DNA of 64,000 nt, from the NCBI RefSeq assembly GCF_022045235.1, contig NW_027266308.1, forward strand, positions 49,786,001-49,850,000. Reading direction: 5' to 3'. Below, piece after piece: positions 1 through 12,200 of the stretch (position 1 is the stretch's first letter; every line of letters starts with the position of its first letter). The notes beneath the pieces are model-generated. The model was not told where the DNA came from, did no database searches, and saw only the letters and a list, made by a program, of their open reading frames with translations. Source of the DNA: Haliotis cracherodii (taxonomy: Eukaryota). Made by a program: the position numbers and the translations under genes.

Positions 1-1076
1 AATGACTGAATATTATACTGCAGTGCAATATATATTTAAAATACATTGTTCAATGGTTAATATATTTTGGAGGTTTTGAAATCCAGTTTTGAGTAAGTGC
101 TTATAACTTTCCATTCATTGAATTGCTGGAGCTTTTAATGCATTAGTCAATTAGCCAAAACAAAATGTCTTCAATGTTTTTTGGACAGATCAGATTTTAT
201 TGAAGTTGTGATGCATTTTGTCATGGACAGTTTCGATATCATTGACATAAATTCACAGCCTACATATTTTCGATAATGATGATTAAATTTAATGTTTGAT
301 AAATATATTTACATAATATCTATGTAAAATGTGAAAGGAACCACTCTTAATTTAAATATTGAGATTCCAATTACCTTACTCTAATTTGGGTGAAAAAGAA
401 CATGAAAAAGGTCCATTTTTACCTACATGTAATATTTGTCCTGAATGGAATATAAACATATTGAACCCTGTAGTCTTAAACCATGTAGTGACCATGTGAT
501 GTGAATTAGAACTTTTATGATGTGAAAAATGGATCTCTAGTCTTATCTTCCCATGGAGTTTGTGATAGAATTGAGTCTGTAAGTATTTAAATGAAAATGT
601 GCCTAATGTCTGGCTTATTTAATAGTAATTGGAGACACATTTTTAGGCCTTATACTGACTGAAATCTGTTTGACTCTCATTGTCCATGCTGTTGTATTAG
701 TGAATGTAGGAGGAGGAGGAGGAGGGAGATCTGCAGGGTTGTTGTTCACCTGGCTAACGACCATCCAGCAGGCTGGGAGAAAACAAGTGTCACAAAAGGC
801 ATTTAAATGAAAACTATCTGTATAGCAATTAAAACAATTCAAATTTATCTTCTGTGTTTTGTTTTGTATGCTACATCACTGAAGACTGGTTTGACACTTC
901 TTTGAACCGAATTTCAGTCATATCACTGTGTGTCGGCTTAATGTGTGGAAAGAACAATACGATAAAGTTCGTTGATGATGACTACCAACCCGAAACCCTT
1001 GAGCATGCTGACAGACCAAGGATCATAATCAGGGCAAATGATCTATTCAAACAGCAGATCCTGAACTAGGAACAAC

Positions 1077-1352
1077 ATCCGTGGTCTAGTGGTAGAACGT
1101 CTGCCCAGAGAGCAGAAGGTCGGGGGTTCGATTCCCGGACGCGTCATATCAAAAGACGTAAAAGATAGTGCTCATCATGAAGGGGTCATGACAAGGACTG
1201 GTCGACCCGGAGTCAGTATAGTGTCTGAGTGGGGTATCTCAGTGGCTGGCACTATAAAATGGGCATAGTCCGGACTAGTACAAGGAAGCATGCATGCACA
1301 CACCGTCGCCATGTAATAATCTTGAAAGCGACCCCATAACACATCACCTCAC
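1077..1352 (+). mobile_element. tRNA-derived SINE, family C (central domain resembles Meta/MESC-type SINEs), internally deleted
   Basis: A box GTGGTCTAGTGG, B box GGTTCGATTCCC; homologous to 48512-48874; (TCACC) tail. Confidence 0.75.
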
Positions 1353-2263
1353 CTGACACAACTACAAGGAATGACCTCTGACCACTGGGCCAAGTGCCCC
1401 CAACTGTAAAGGATTCATAGAAACACAAGTCAGTAGCACTGTAGGAAAATATGTTTATTTCCTCTTCATCACCCATCAAGCACATGACATCACATGAAAT
1501 CTTAACTGATTACAAACATGTAGGGTCTGTGTATCTGATGCTCATTATGGAGACCACTACGCTGCAATGAAAGACTCTCATATAATCATACCAAGTTTAA
1601 TCAGTTAACTTCTCTCGACCCACTTGCACAGAATGATCTTCGTGCTAAAAGTGTTGTAAATGGTACAATCGTAAAATAGTCGCGCCACAAGGTTCAAGTT
1701 GTGCTTGTCGGTCCTGATGACTTGTACCCAATTGCCATGCACTTACTTTAACCTACTCCCTAAAATGTTATGATAATCATGTTTATGAAAACAAACAAAT
1801 CCAGTTGCATTTATAACATAACCCCACTGAAATGTTACCAAAGAGAATCTTGTAAATGAACTCCAATATTGTGAACGCCTGTACAATGACACCCCATATA
1901 TGGTGGTTAGTGCTGCATACATATATTAGATTTGTACAATATATACACATGATTCAGTGGATACTTACAATGAGGGTATTAACTTAAGACTGTACATGCC
2001 AATATTCCAAGGCCCAATCCCACTGTCAACCATTACAAACCTCAATACTCTACCAGATGCCAATAATTTGAAACTTAATGCAGTTATTCCAGAGCCCTGT
2101 ACATTCAGCTAATAAAATACTGAGAACATTAACAATTGTAAATTCTAAAACAGATACTTAAAAACTGCATGTGTTGCCACTGCAGGGATCATGGATACTG
2201 TTTAAAAATGTGGATCAACTAAACTCAATGATGAAAATATCCTCACAGTATTAAAGGGGAAGT

Positions 2264-2427
2264 GAGTGAGTGAGTATGGTTTTACGCCGCTTTTAGCAAT
2301 ATTCCAGCAATATCACGTCGGGGTACACCAGAAATGGGCTTCACACATTGTACCCATGTCGGGAATCGAACCAGGGTCTTCGGCGTGACGAGCGAACGCT
2401 TTAACCATTAGGCTACCCGACCGCTCC
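2264..2427 (-). mobile_element. Short tRNA-derived SINE, family A (about 165 bp), downstream of the stop (probable 3' UTR)
   Basis: tRNA head (GGTAGCCTAATGGTTAAAGCG...GGTTCGATTCCC), (TCAC)n tail, 12-bp TSD taaaggggaagt. Confidence 0.9.
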
Positions 2428-2807
2428 TAAAGGGGAAGTACTGTCACTGAACAACAACCTCACTCTAATTCCTTCATCAGGTTTCAACACAGCTACTGGT
2501 CTGCCAAAGTGGAGTGAAACGATGTATGGGCTTTTATGTCTCTACCAAACTGTACAACAACCAACCAGTTCTAATAAACTGGACAAAAAAAATATATTTG
2601 TTCTAACAATTCAAAGTTTTAAAATATGACATCATTTGGTCCTAGTATGTCTTGTTTACACACAAAATGCAACATTATTCTATATAAAATAGGAAAATGG
2701 TGCTTTCACTGTCATAATGATAAAGCTGGAAAGATTAGTCCTATGTGGTTGCATGGTTAAGTCTATTTCTTTGTGTCGACATCATCTCATGACTTGACAG
2801 GAATACT

Positions 2808-2892
2808 TATACTACTCAAAGAAGTTAAGGACCACCCTGTTCTTATTACTATCGTCAATCTGGATCATCCTTAACATCTTTTGAGTAGTATA
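2808..2892. mobile_element. Tc1/mariner-like MITE just downstream of the TRIP11 stop
   Basis: TIRs TATACTACTCAAA(A)GAAGTTAAGGA with TA ends; same family at 18052-18183 and 28284-28412. Confidence 0.8.
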
Positions 2893-2918
2893 TGAACAAT
2901 ACACTAATTAATCTATTA

Positions 2919-3272
2919 TCATCTTGTGCCGAGCACATCTTTAAGAATTGCACTGGAGTTCTGTGGCGTGGACCTGCCGGAGCCTGGCTGACTGAGAGAC
3001 TCTCCTGACATTGGTGCCATAAGTGGATTGGTCTGTGTGACAGGAGACATGGGCCCCATGAGGATGTGGGGTTTGGTGGTAGCGGTCTGTTCCCCGAGCT
3101 GCAGGGGCATGGAGACATGTCTGGGGGCGGTGAATGGGTTGAACACAGGCTTCTGGCTCTCCTTGTGCTTGTCCTTCACCTCCTGGGCCATCTTCTCCGC
3201 CGGCATTCGGACTGGGGGTGGGGGAGGAGAGGACTCCTTCTCAAGGAACTTCACAAACAGTTGGGAGAAAGA
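2919..3272 (-). CDS. TRIP11: TRIP11/Gmap terminal coding exon (GA1 motif SFSQLFVKFLEKES, Pro-rich tail ending ILKDVLGTR*)
   Basis: tttcag acceptor; GA1 motif and C-terminal LKDxL motif; TGA stop at 2919-2921. Confidence 0.93.
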   Translation of the reverse strand, partial: SFSQLFVKFLEKESSPPPPPVRMPAEKMAQEVKDKHKESQKPVFNPFTAPRHVSMPLQLGEQTATTKPHILMGPMSPVTQTNPLMAPMSGESLSQPGSGRSTPQNSSAILKDVLGTR

Positions 3273-6200
3273 CTGAAAACGACAATAATGATTGTTTTTA
3301 AATGTTACAACATCCTTTTTTGTTTATAAACTCCTACAAACTATATATAATTTGAAGCCTATCCTCCAGCCATACAGGACAATGTTACACCAGGACAATG
3401 CGTAGGTGTTATTAATGTTTTTCTTGAGTGACCGCACTTCACTGTCGTAAATGATCACTACTCTTGTAACACTATGACACTCATCATTCTTTAGATATGA
3501 AAATATAGTTCTTTAAAACAGTTACTTCCTATCAACTTGAATGAGTGATGTCTCATGCAGCTTTTAGCAATACTTCAGCAATACTTGAGAAATATCTCAG
3601 CAATATTTCAGCAATACTTGAGAAATATCTCAGCAATACTTCAGCAATACTTCAGCAATATATCAGCTTCATACACTGTACTTGAGTAGAATTAAACCAG
3701 TGTCCTTGATGTGATGTGAGAATGTCGTAACCACTTAGCTACGTTAATCGCGAAGTCTGCCTGACAGTTTACCACCAATGAGCAACCCATTATGTATAGC
3801 TACAACCAGAAGTTCCTCCAGTACTACCAATGGCTCACCTGGTCCAGTGAAGGTGCCTTGCTCCCTGCATGGACAGGTGTGGTCGGTGGGGTGGGGCCCG
3901 CCCGAGGGGACCCAAACCGGAGGAATCCTGCTACCCAGCTGGTCTGCGTCTGATTAATCTGGGGAACAGAATGTCAACACTTACAATACATTCATTACAG
4001 TGGGATGCACTGTGTTCAGAAAGCAAAGTTAACACTGATAAATACACAACCTCATTTAAACATGTGTGCGAAATCGGCAGCACTGGAAGCGCTCGTTAAA
4101 TCTACAACATCATCATCATCATGATTAAACATGTTCATTATTGTTCCATTGAATAATGAACATTTGTAGGAAATGGCATGTGGAAATGTTGGAAATACAA
4201 TATCCGTTCCGGTGATTGGATTGGGAGCATTTTTCAATTGTGGTGCTTATCGGGCTGAATAGTTTACTGATGTAGCTCTAGGGCTGGGACGATACACCAA
4301 CAGTGTGATCCGATACGTATCACAATACCTTGCACACGATCCGATACATATCGCGATACTTGTATGTGCACAGTGGATGAAAATATTTACATTTTTACTA
4401 CTTATTTTCACTAGCAATTAGTGTTTGGTGTAACACTTATTTAAAAAAACCATTTAAGGTAGAATCAATACTTTTTACTTAGTGTGCGACTGTGATCGAT
4501 ACTTGTATCGAGAAGTAAAAAATCGCGATCCACCAGATATCGTGCCACCACTAGTAGATCGGCAGTGCCTTGACAGGAATGATTACTGGTCAAAATGATC
4601 TTCAGATCTCATTCACAGGAAGCGGTCTAAGTAGTACTGGTAGTCCTACATTGTCTTCAAATGAAGTATTCTCTTTACCTTGGCGTAGTCGTCAAGTTGG
4701 AAGTTGAGGACACCACCCATCATATGAATGACCTCATTCCGGCGACCAGTAGGAGTTTGGAAATAGCCAATCAGCATGTTTTTCATCAACAACCTGAGCA
4801 CAAAATAAACAGGACATGAGAGGAAAATCATAACTCATACATGACACAGCAGAAAGGATAAATAAGTGATACAACACACACGAACAGTCCCTCTATGTTA
4901 TATAGTGAATGAGTTGAGTTTCAACAGTATTTCAGTTATATCACAGTGTGTCAGCTTGATGTGGCAGGACGCCATCAGTGATGCAGTTTGGTGAAACCCA
5001 CAAGTATGAACATCGTTCTGACAAACCCAGAAGCAATCAGGGTCAATCTGGGATTTGTACCTAAGGGATGTAACTCTTTGCAGCGAATTCCGGGAACCTT
5101 AGATGCCTGAGTCACCCCTGTCCCTCTCCCCATATCATACAGACGAGGAAATATGTGTGTTGGACTTTTTAAAAATATTTCCATAGAAACCAAGTTAGAC
5201 TCTAAGAATGAGGTCAACTTGGAGGCACAGGTCTCAACACAATATATGTCGTCCTTTTAGAAACAGATAGAAAATACACAACTGCAGGTCTCCAAAGGTT
5301 ATATCATTTTTGCAAAACTATACAAATGCGTCACTGACTAAATGTGACCACTCACTTGTCAACCTTGGCCTCAGTGCTTGTGGTCAGCTTCCTGACTTCC
5401 TCCTCGGCTGCCTTCAGAGTCTTCTCTCGCAGCAGGACTGTAAACAGGAAGTGACGTGTCAACAGGTAACAACAACAGCTCAATGAAGCTTCAATGATTA
5501 GCAATTTCACACATTATTATTCCATAGCAAATTATTCATTAAGTGCTTTACAAAACGATATCAGCAATAATAAACAAAATAGATACATGCAAATAATTAA
5601 CATAACAAACAGTGAGAAAACAAGCAATAAAACACAGAAGGCAATAAATTAGCCAACCAAGGATCGTCTGGTGGGCTAGGGAAGGGAGAAGGCAGGCAGG
5701 CAGGCACTGGACGACCAGGATCGTGTGGTCGCCAAGGGAGGTAATTCTCCATGCTGAGTAGAACAACTACATCTACACAATGTGAACACGGTGCTGCTGC
5801 TGCTGACATACAAACTACGAATATCACAAAAGGTACTGACACTCATCCCTTCAGTACCTGATGTAATACTCATGGTTTGTACATCCAACTTAGCTCATGC
5901 GGTGACCAGGCCAGACAACACACTGTGGCGGCGGCCATCTTGACTTGCTGTGATAAAGCTGTTTCTATGACCAGTGGCTACACTGGAGAGGTGCTAGTGT
6001 TAGACTGGAACGATCTACTGCATCGACTACGATGTACACAGAAAGTCGGACTTCAGGGATGGTTCTAACAAGCATATGAAGACAATGCCATTTTCACACA
6101 ATGGACAATCTCAATATTACCACACATGATAACTGTTCTCACTTTTCATGTTACAATCATATGGATCAATATTATTACCATGGCAACATATCTTCCAATG

Positions 6201-9200
6201 AAATTTTTACTGCAATTCACCCAAATTCCCTTCCTGCATCCATCCAAATTACTAAAATTGGTGTCATATTCCTATAGTTACCATTACAATCAATATCTAC
6301 ATAATTACACAGGATTACATCAGCGTTATGGCTCACACCTAACTAAAATTGGTGTCACGTTCCTACGGTTACCATTACAATCAATATCTACATAATTACA
6401 CAGGATTACATCAGCATTACGGCTCACACCTAACTAAAAATGCCAGTTATACAAAAGTAGTCAAATAGTTTACACACATAGATATTTGGTTATTGCCGAT
6501 AGGTGTATGTTAGTCGGGCACTATAGTAACCTGTTAGGCTAACCATGTTAGTGTATCCAGCCACCAAGCACCACACAGTTGAAAACATACTTACAACATA
6601 GCGTTCATGCATGTTGTGGACAACCCGGGACGTTATCTCGCACGTCCTAACTCACTCCATTTCTCATGCAGTCTTGTAATGATATTCAGGTCCGAGCATC
6701 GACACAGGTCAAGCTCACAAATGTCTACTTTATACAAATGCAGTACAATCGTGATGAAGAAATACATGCTGTTCCAAAAGCTCAATCAATCAGCTGTGTT
6801 ATTTTACACCAACCAATGACAACATGCGTCTCTGCCAGATGGTTCCCTCCACAAGACTGCAGCATTTTGTCTCGGCCATGCTGATTGGTCAGTTGTTAGG
6901 ATAGGTTAGTCCATGCTGTTCGGTAAGATATTTATGTAATCTCGGCTAGTAACTTGAGGCCTCCTTTTTACTCAGAATTACCAGCTGAGATTAGACAAAC
7001 ATCAACACATGCAAGCCCTTTCATTCGAGCATAAAACATGCACAAATTTTGTCTACTGGGCCAAAGTTCCTACAGATTTAGATTTGTTTAAATCGGACAA
7101 ATTTCAATCATTTAGATTATAATTTCAAAACAATATTTCAAATCAGTCTCCAGTATAAGCCTACGAGATTGAATGTGATGTTTGCCTAATAAAACATAAA
7201 TGCTGCAATGACACTACTCCTGATTAACAACTGAACACATTATGGATGAACAATGATAGACATTCAATGAGATGATACGTAGAGGCGCTATCTGCCCGTT
7301 GTGACGAGGAATACAAGTACCCGTTTGCCATATATCAGTCAGCATCCTGAGGCGTGGATCTCTCAGGATTACCAGCTGATATTAAGAAACCAGGCTTAGA
7401 ATGGCAAAATCTGTAATCTTCTCCAAGAAAAACTACTCGTAAAATTTGAAGGAATCACCCCAAACCCAGAAATTGCAAAATTTTCTGTGCACACTCAAAG
7501 CAAGCAAATCTTGATTTAAAAATTGTAAAAAGGAAACACTGCTGTGTGCAATTTCAAAAAGTTAAAGCCAAACAACTTTGTGAGAAGCAAATCTAAAATA
7601 GCTCTGTCACACAGGAAGCACCAAACAGGGCAGTTAGCAACTCAAAAAAGGTTGAAAAATGAGCATAAGAAAATAATGAGAGGAATGAAACAAGTGAGTA
7701 AAAGCAATTAAATGTTGTGAAGCCAGGATATCTATCCCACCCCAGCCAGGCGCTCGAGAAATGAGAGACTCGGAATTACCAGCTGAGATTAAATAGATTC
7801 CCGAGGGACAAAAATCCAAAAAGGTGGGATGCTGGAAGCTTCGATTTTATCAACAAGAAACACCAGCTCCTTGAATCCAATGGTTGAACACCCAGTCCAG
7901 CTTTTTGTCAGTGTTAGTGTCATGATCTAAGCCAGTACCTTGAACACTCTCTTGTGTAGCCCCATGCTAGTTGATGTAAAACCACCCCGTGCACAGCTCA
8001 TGCAGGGTCACATACAGGGTCACATACAGGGTCACATACAGGGTCACATACACAACACACCCATGCAGTATCCAGTCCATGTAACACGTTACACATACTT
8101 AGTGTTATACAAATGTAGTGCTCATTCAGTAACAACAGATTCACAATACTAAACTGCTGCTGCAACAACTGATTTGAAAAAGTAACGAACACTTTTCTAT
8201 TCTCTCATGGAATTATCAATCTTACAATGATGATTGAAACAAAGCATTAAAGTAAAGGGCCTCGTTCCTGAAAAGCGATCTTAATGCTACGATGATCGTC
8301 GCCTAAGTAAACAGTACGGGAGTTACGATCACCTTAGCGTTAAGATCCCTTTGTGGAACAGGCCCATTGTTCTTGTCATGGTGTCATGTTAAAAGTTAGA
8401 TTTTTTATATTTCCCCTTAACTTTTCAACATTAGTTACCCCAAAAGGATTCTTCTTAATCATATCTCATATCAAAACGTATGTCTATATCATTTCACAAA
8501 CATTATTAATAGGTCAGTTTGGTTGTAAATTCAGACACTGAACAGCAGTCCTGACAGACGTGACATGGTTAGTGAAGGAGCACAGTTGATGTTAGAGACA
8601 AGGAGAGGATAGAGCCACCAGAAACTGGAGAGAACATCCAACACCTACCTTCCTCCTTCAACGCAGCAACAGCCTCCTCCTTCTTGTCCAGCTGTTCACT
8701 GAGACGAGATGCCGCCTCCAGTCCATCTGAGGCCTCCTCCAGCTCCGTCTGTAATAGTTGTAAGGCAGATAGTACATAAGAGGCGAGGACATATTAACAT
8801 AGCTGTCAACCCCTGGATGTCTAAATGCGTGAGAAGCCAAGGTGCAGGGGCTGCAAGCCCCGCTGGGTCCAGGGCTAAGCCCTGGTGTGGAGGCGCAAAT
8901 TATATTTTTATCTACATTTTATATGAATGCGTGAGAATTTCCCAACCTTGCGTGTGAGCGTGACATAGGTGATAAATGCTTGAGGCTCACGCGAGATGCA
9001 TGAGAGTTGACAGGTATGTATTAGGTGGGACAAAAACTATCAAATGAGACTTACAGTATAAAAGCTAGCGGAGTGGTGTTTTTTTTCCATAAATATGATA
9101 TCACTTTGGGTAAAAGAGAAAAGAATGTGCTGTGTGTCATCATTACTAATACAAGTAGTGTATCTTTTTTCTCTAGATGAAACCCCTATTGGGCTTCGAG

Positions 9201-12200
9201 GTTAGGATTGGTCCCATGAAATCTACATTGTAAGTAGTATACCTCATAAGAGACTAAACTGGTTGGGGTTGGGGACAGGATCAGTGATGTCACCTGACAC
9301 TGACAGCATGGGACATTGCTCATAATATAAAGACCCTAGGACTGAGAATCACATACCTTTGTAGAGTCGAGTGCTCTCTGCAGGGTGTTGACCTTGTCCT
9401 TCAGGAGTTTTATCTCATCCTGGTACCTCTCAGTGTCTGCAGCGATCTGAGCATCTTTATCTGCAATATGTATAGATGTTATACAACAGTGCCACACTGA
9501 TCCAAAACAAGAAGCTACAAATCTCCTACACTAGGGTATCATTATGAAACATAACAAGACCCCTTGTACCACCCTTAAATGAGAGAGTTACCCACCCTGC
9601 TGGAACTGTTCAAGCACCATCTGGAGGTTGGCAAGGGAGGCAGCATACTGCTGGCACTGGTCCTGCATGGCTGTCATCTGCATGTAGGCGGCGTCCCGCT
9701 GACTGGTCACCCCGTGCAGCTGGTGCTGCAAGGTCTCCACCTGCTCGCTGGCTGCTTGGCTGCAGACGGACAAGATGGTAGATTCATATAGTCAAGAAGG
9801 AAAGTCAATAATCATCTTCATCTTTTGTAAGATTTGTGAAAAATGGCCAAATTATAGTTTGTTGTTTAACACTGCACTCAGCAATATTAAAACTGTATGA
9901 TGTAGCCTATAAATAATCAAGTCTGAATGAGTGAGTGAGTGAGTGAGTTTGGTTTGGCACTGCTTTTAACAATATTCCAGTTATATTGCGGTGTGTCAGC
10001 TTATTGTCGGAGGAATTGATGGAGTTCTTAGACCTTTACCACTTTGGTGAAACCCACGGGGTATGGGGCTGACAAACCTAGAAATATTATCGAGCAAACC
10101 CATTCGAACAACCCACAATCATAGGTTTCTGGCGTAGCCAATGGATGCAACTCTGCACAGCAAATTGCGGCGCCTTAGACAACTGGGCTACCCGTACCCC
10201 CTAAGCAAGTCTGAACCAGACAAACCAGTGGTTGAAATGATGAGCACATGTTGGGGTGCAATGACACATAGTCAACCAAGCCACTTGGCCTGACCACCTG
10301 ATTCATTCACTCATCTTTCACAACCAGCACAGGTAGCTTGGGTGAGTGAGTGAGTGAGTGAGTATGGTTTCACGCCGCTTTTAGCAATATTTCAGCAATA
10401 TCATGGCGGGGGACTCCAGAAATGGGCTTCACACATTGTACCCATGTCGGGAATCGAATCTGGGTCTTCAGCGTGACGAGCGAACGCTTTAACCACTAGG
10501 CTACCCGACCGCCCCTAGGTATCTTGGGACAGTACAAACCCCTTGGGGACTCCAGGTTTAATAGCTAATTACATGCGTGTGTCTATCCAGGAATGTCTCA
10601 CCTGGCATTCTGCACCGCTGAACTGGATGAGAGGATCTTCTCCTCGGCCACAGCGAGCCTGTTCCTCAACTCCTTCTCCCTCTCCTCGGCCTCCAGAGCC
10701 TCACCAGTGTAGCCCTCCTCAATCTGCAATAAATACCACATATTGGATAACATATTTCTTGGATCAATCTTGAACAACCAAATGCAGATATGAACTATAC
10801 TACTCAACAAAACAGTGAGTGAGTATGGTTTTACGCTGTTTTTAGCAATATTCCAGCAATATCACACATGAAATGGGCTTCACACATTGTACCCATGTCA
10901 GGAATCCAACCCGGGTCTTCGGCGTGATGAACGAACGCTTTAACAATTAGGCTACCCGACCTCCCCCTCAACAAAACATGCCATGACAGTAACTATAACA
11001 ATAGTTATAGTAACTATAGTAAAATGAAAGAATCAGGGGTCCTTAACATTTTAATAGTAGCATAATTAGCTACACACTTAGTAAAATGTGAGTGTGTGTC
11101 CTGAATAGGCTTGAGATTGTACCCATGTGGGATCAGGCCTAGTAGTGCCCAAGTGTATACCTGAAGCAAGTGCTGTCTCAGTCTCTCCAGTTCCCGACTC
11201 AGTTTCATTTCTTTCTCCTTCAGTCGGGCAATCTGCAACACAGATATAGACAATCAGATTCCTTTTCATTTGCAAGCTAAACACTGGACAAGTAATGATT
11301 AGCAAATGAATCAGTGACCTTTACCGGTACTAAGTCTATCTCAAGTATCTCCAAAACATATTTCTGAATTATACTGAGGCTAAAACACCAAAAGATTGAT
11401 TACCATGAAAATAATTAATATAAATATCTTATGTTCATTCTAAATCTTCTTGTCATTCTCCAGTAAGTCTCATGCACCAATCCTTTCTATGCAGGGGTAG
11501 GGATGGCCTAGTTGTCTAAGACGCCACAATTCGCAACTCAGTGTTGCACCCTTTCGGCAAGCCCAAAACTTACTATCATGTGTTTGAATCCCAGTTCTCC
11601 CTGATTATATTTCTAGGCTTGTCAGCACCACACCTGTGCTTGTGTGTTTCACCAAAGTGGTTAACGTCTGAGACCTGCATCACTTTGGACTGTCCCCCCA
11701 ACTGACATGCTGCGATATAACAGGAATACTGTTCAAAGCGGCGTTAAACCCAACTGACTCGCTCCTTCCTATGCCAAAGTCTCACCTCTTTATTCAGCTC
11801 CTCCACATCTGTGTGTTTCTGTCGGAGAGCCATGATGGTCTGGTCCCTCTCCTGCTGGTACTGAACTGTCTGCTGATGCAGTGAGGCGTTCTCCTGGACA
11901 AGGTGATCCACCTGCCCCTGCTCACCCTGCTGCTGCTGTAGCAGCGTCGTCAATGTCCCTGTCTTCTCACGCAGACTCGTCAACTCAAACTCCTTCTCTC
12001 TCAGGGACAAAGTCAGCTGATTATTGGAATCTTTCAACACCTGAAGTTCTGAATCTATTTCGGAGGATTTCTGCTTTGTGGATACACTTTCAGTTCTGAA
12101 GTCTTGGAGTTCTGTTTGTAAACCCTGAAGCTGAAATGTTAAATTATCAGCCTGCTTTTTAAAACTAGTCCTCTCAGCTTCTTTACTTGACACAACACTT

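Noticed and set aside
2340-2427. tRNA genes at the SINE heads (also near 1077, 10430, 45710 and 48800)
   Set aside because: They continue into shared non-tRNA bodies with microsatellite tails and TSDs, so they are SINEs and not tRNA genes.
6005-6056. Small hairpin containing TACTGCATC (miR-217-like start) on the + strand
   Set aside because: It is antisense to the host and cluster, the match is only 9 nt, and the stem is short and bulged.
6935-7791. Three copies of YAG-CTG-GTAAT read as 3-nt microexons or Dscam-like selector sequences with one docking site
   Set aside because: Each copy has its own local complementary arm and matches mature miR-216 family sequences. The apparent docking site is simply the mir-216a star arm.
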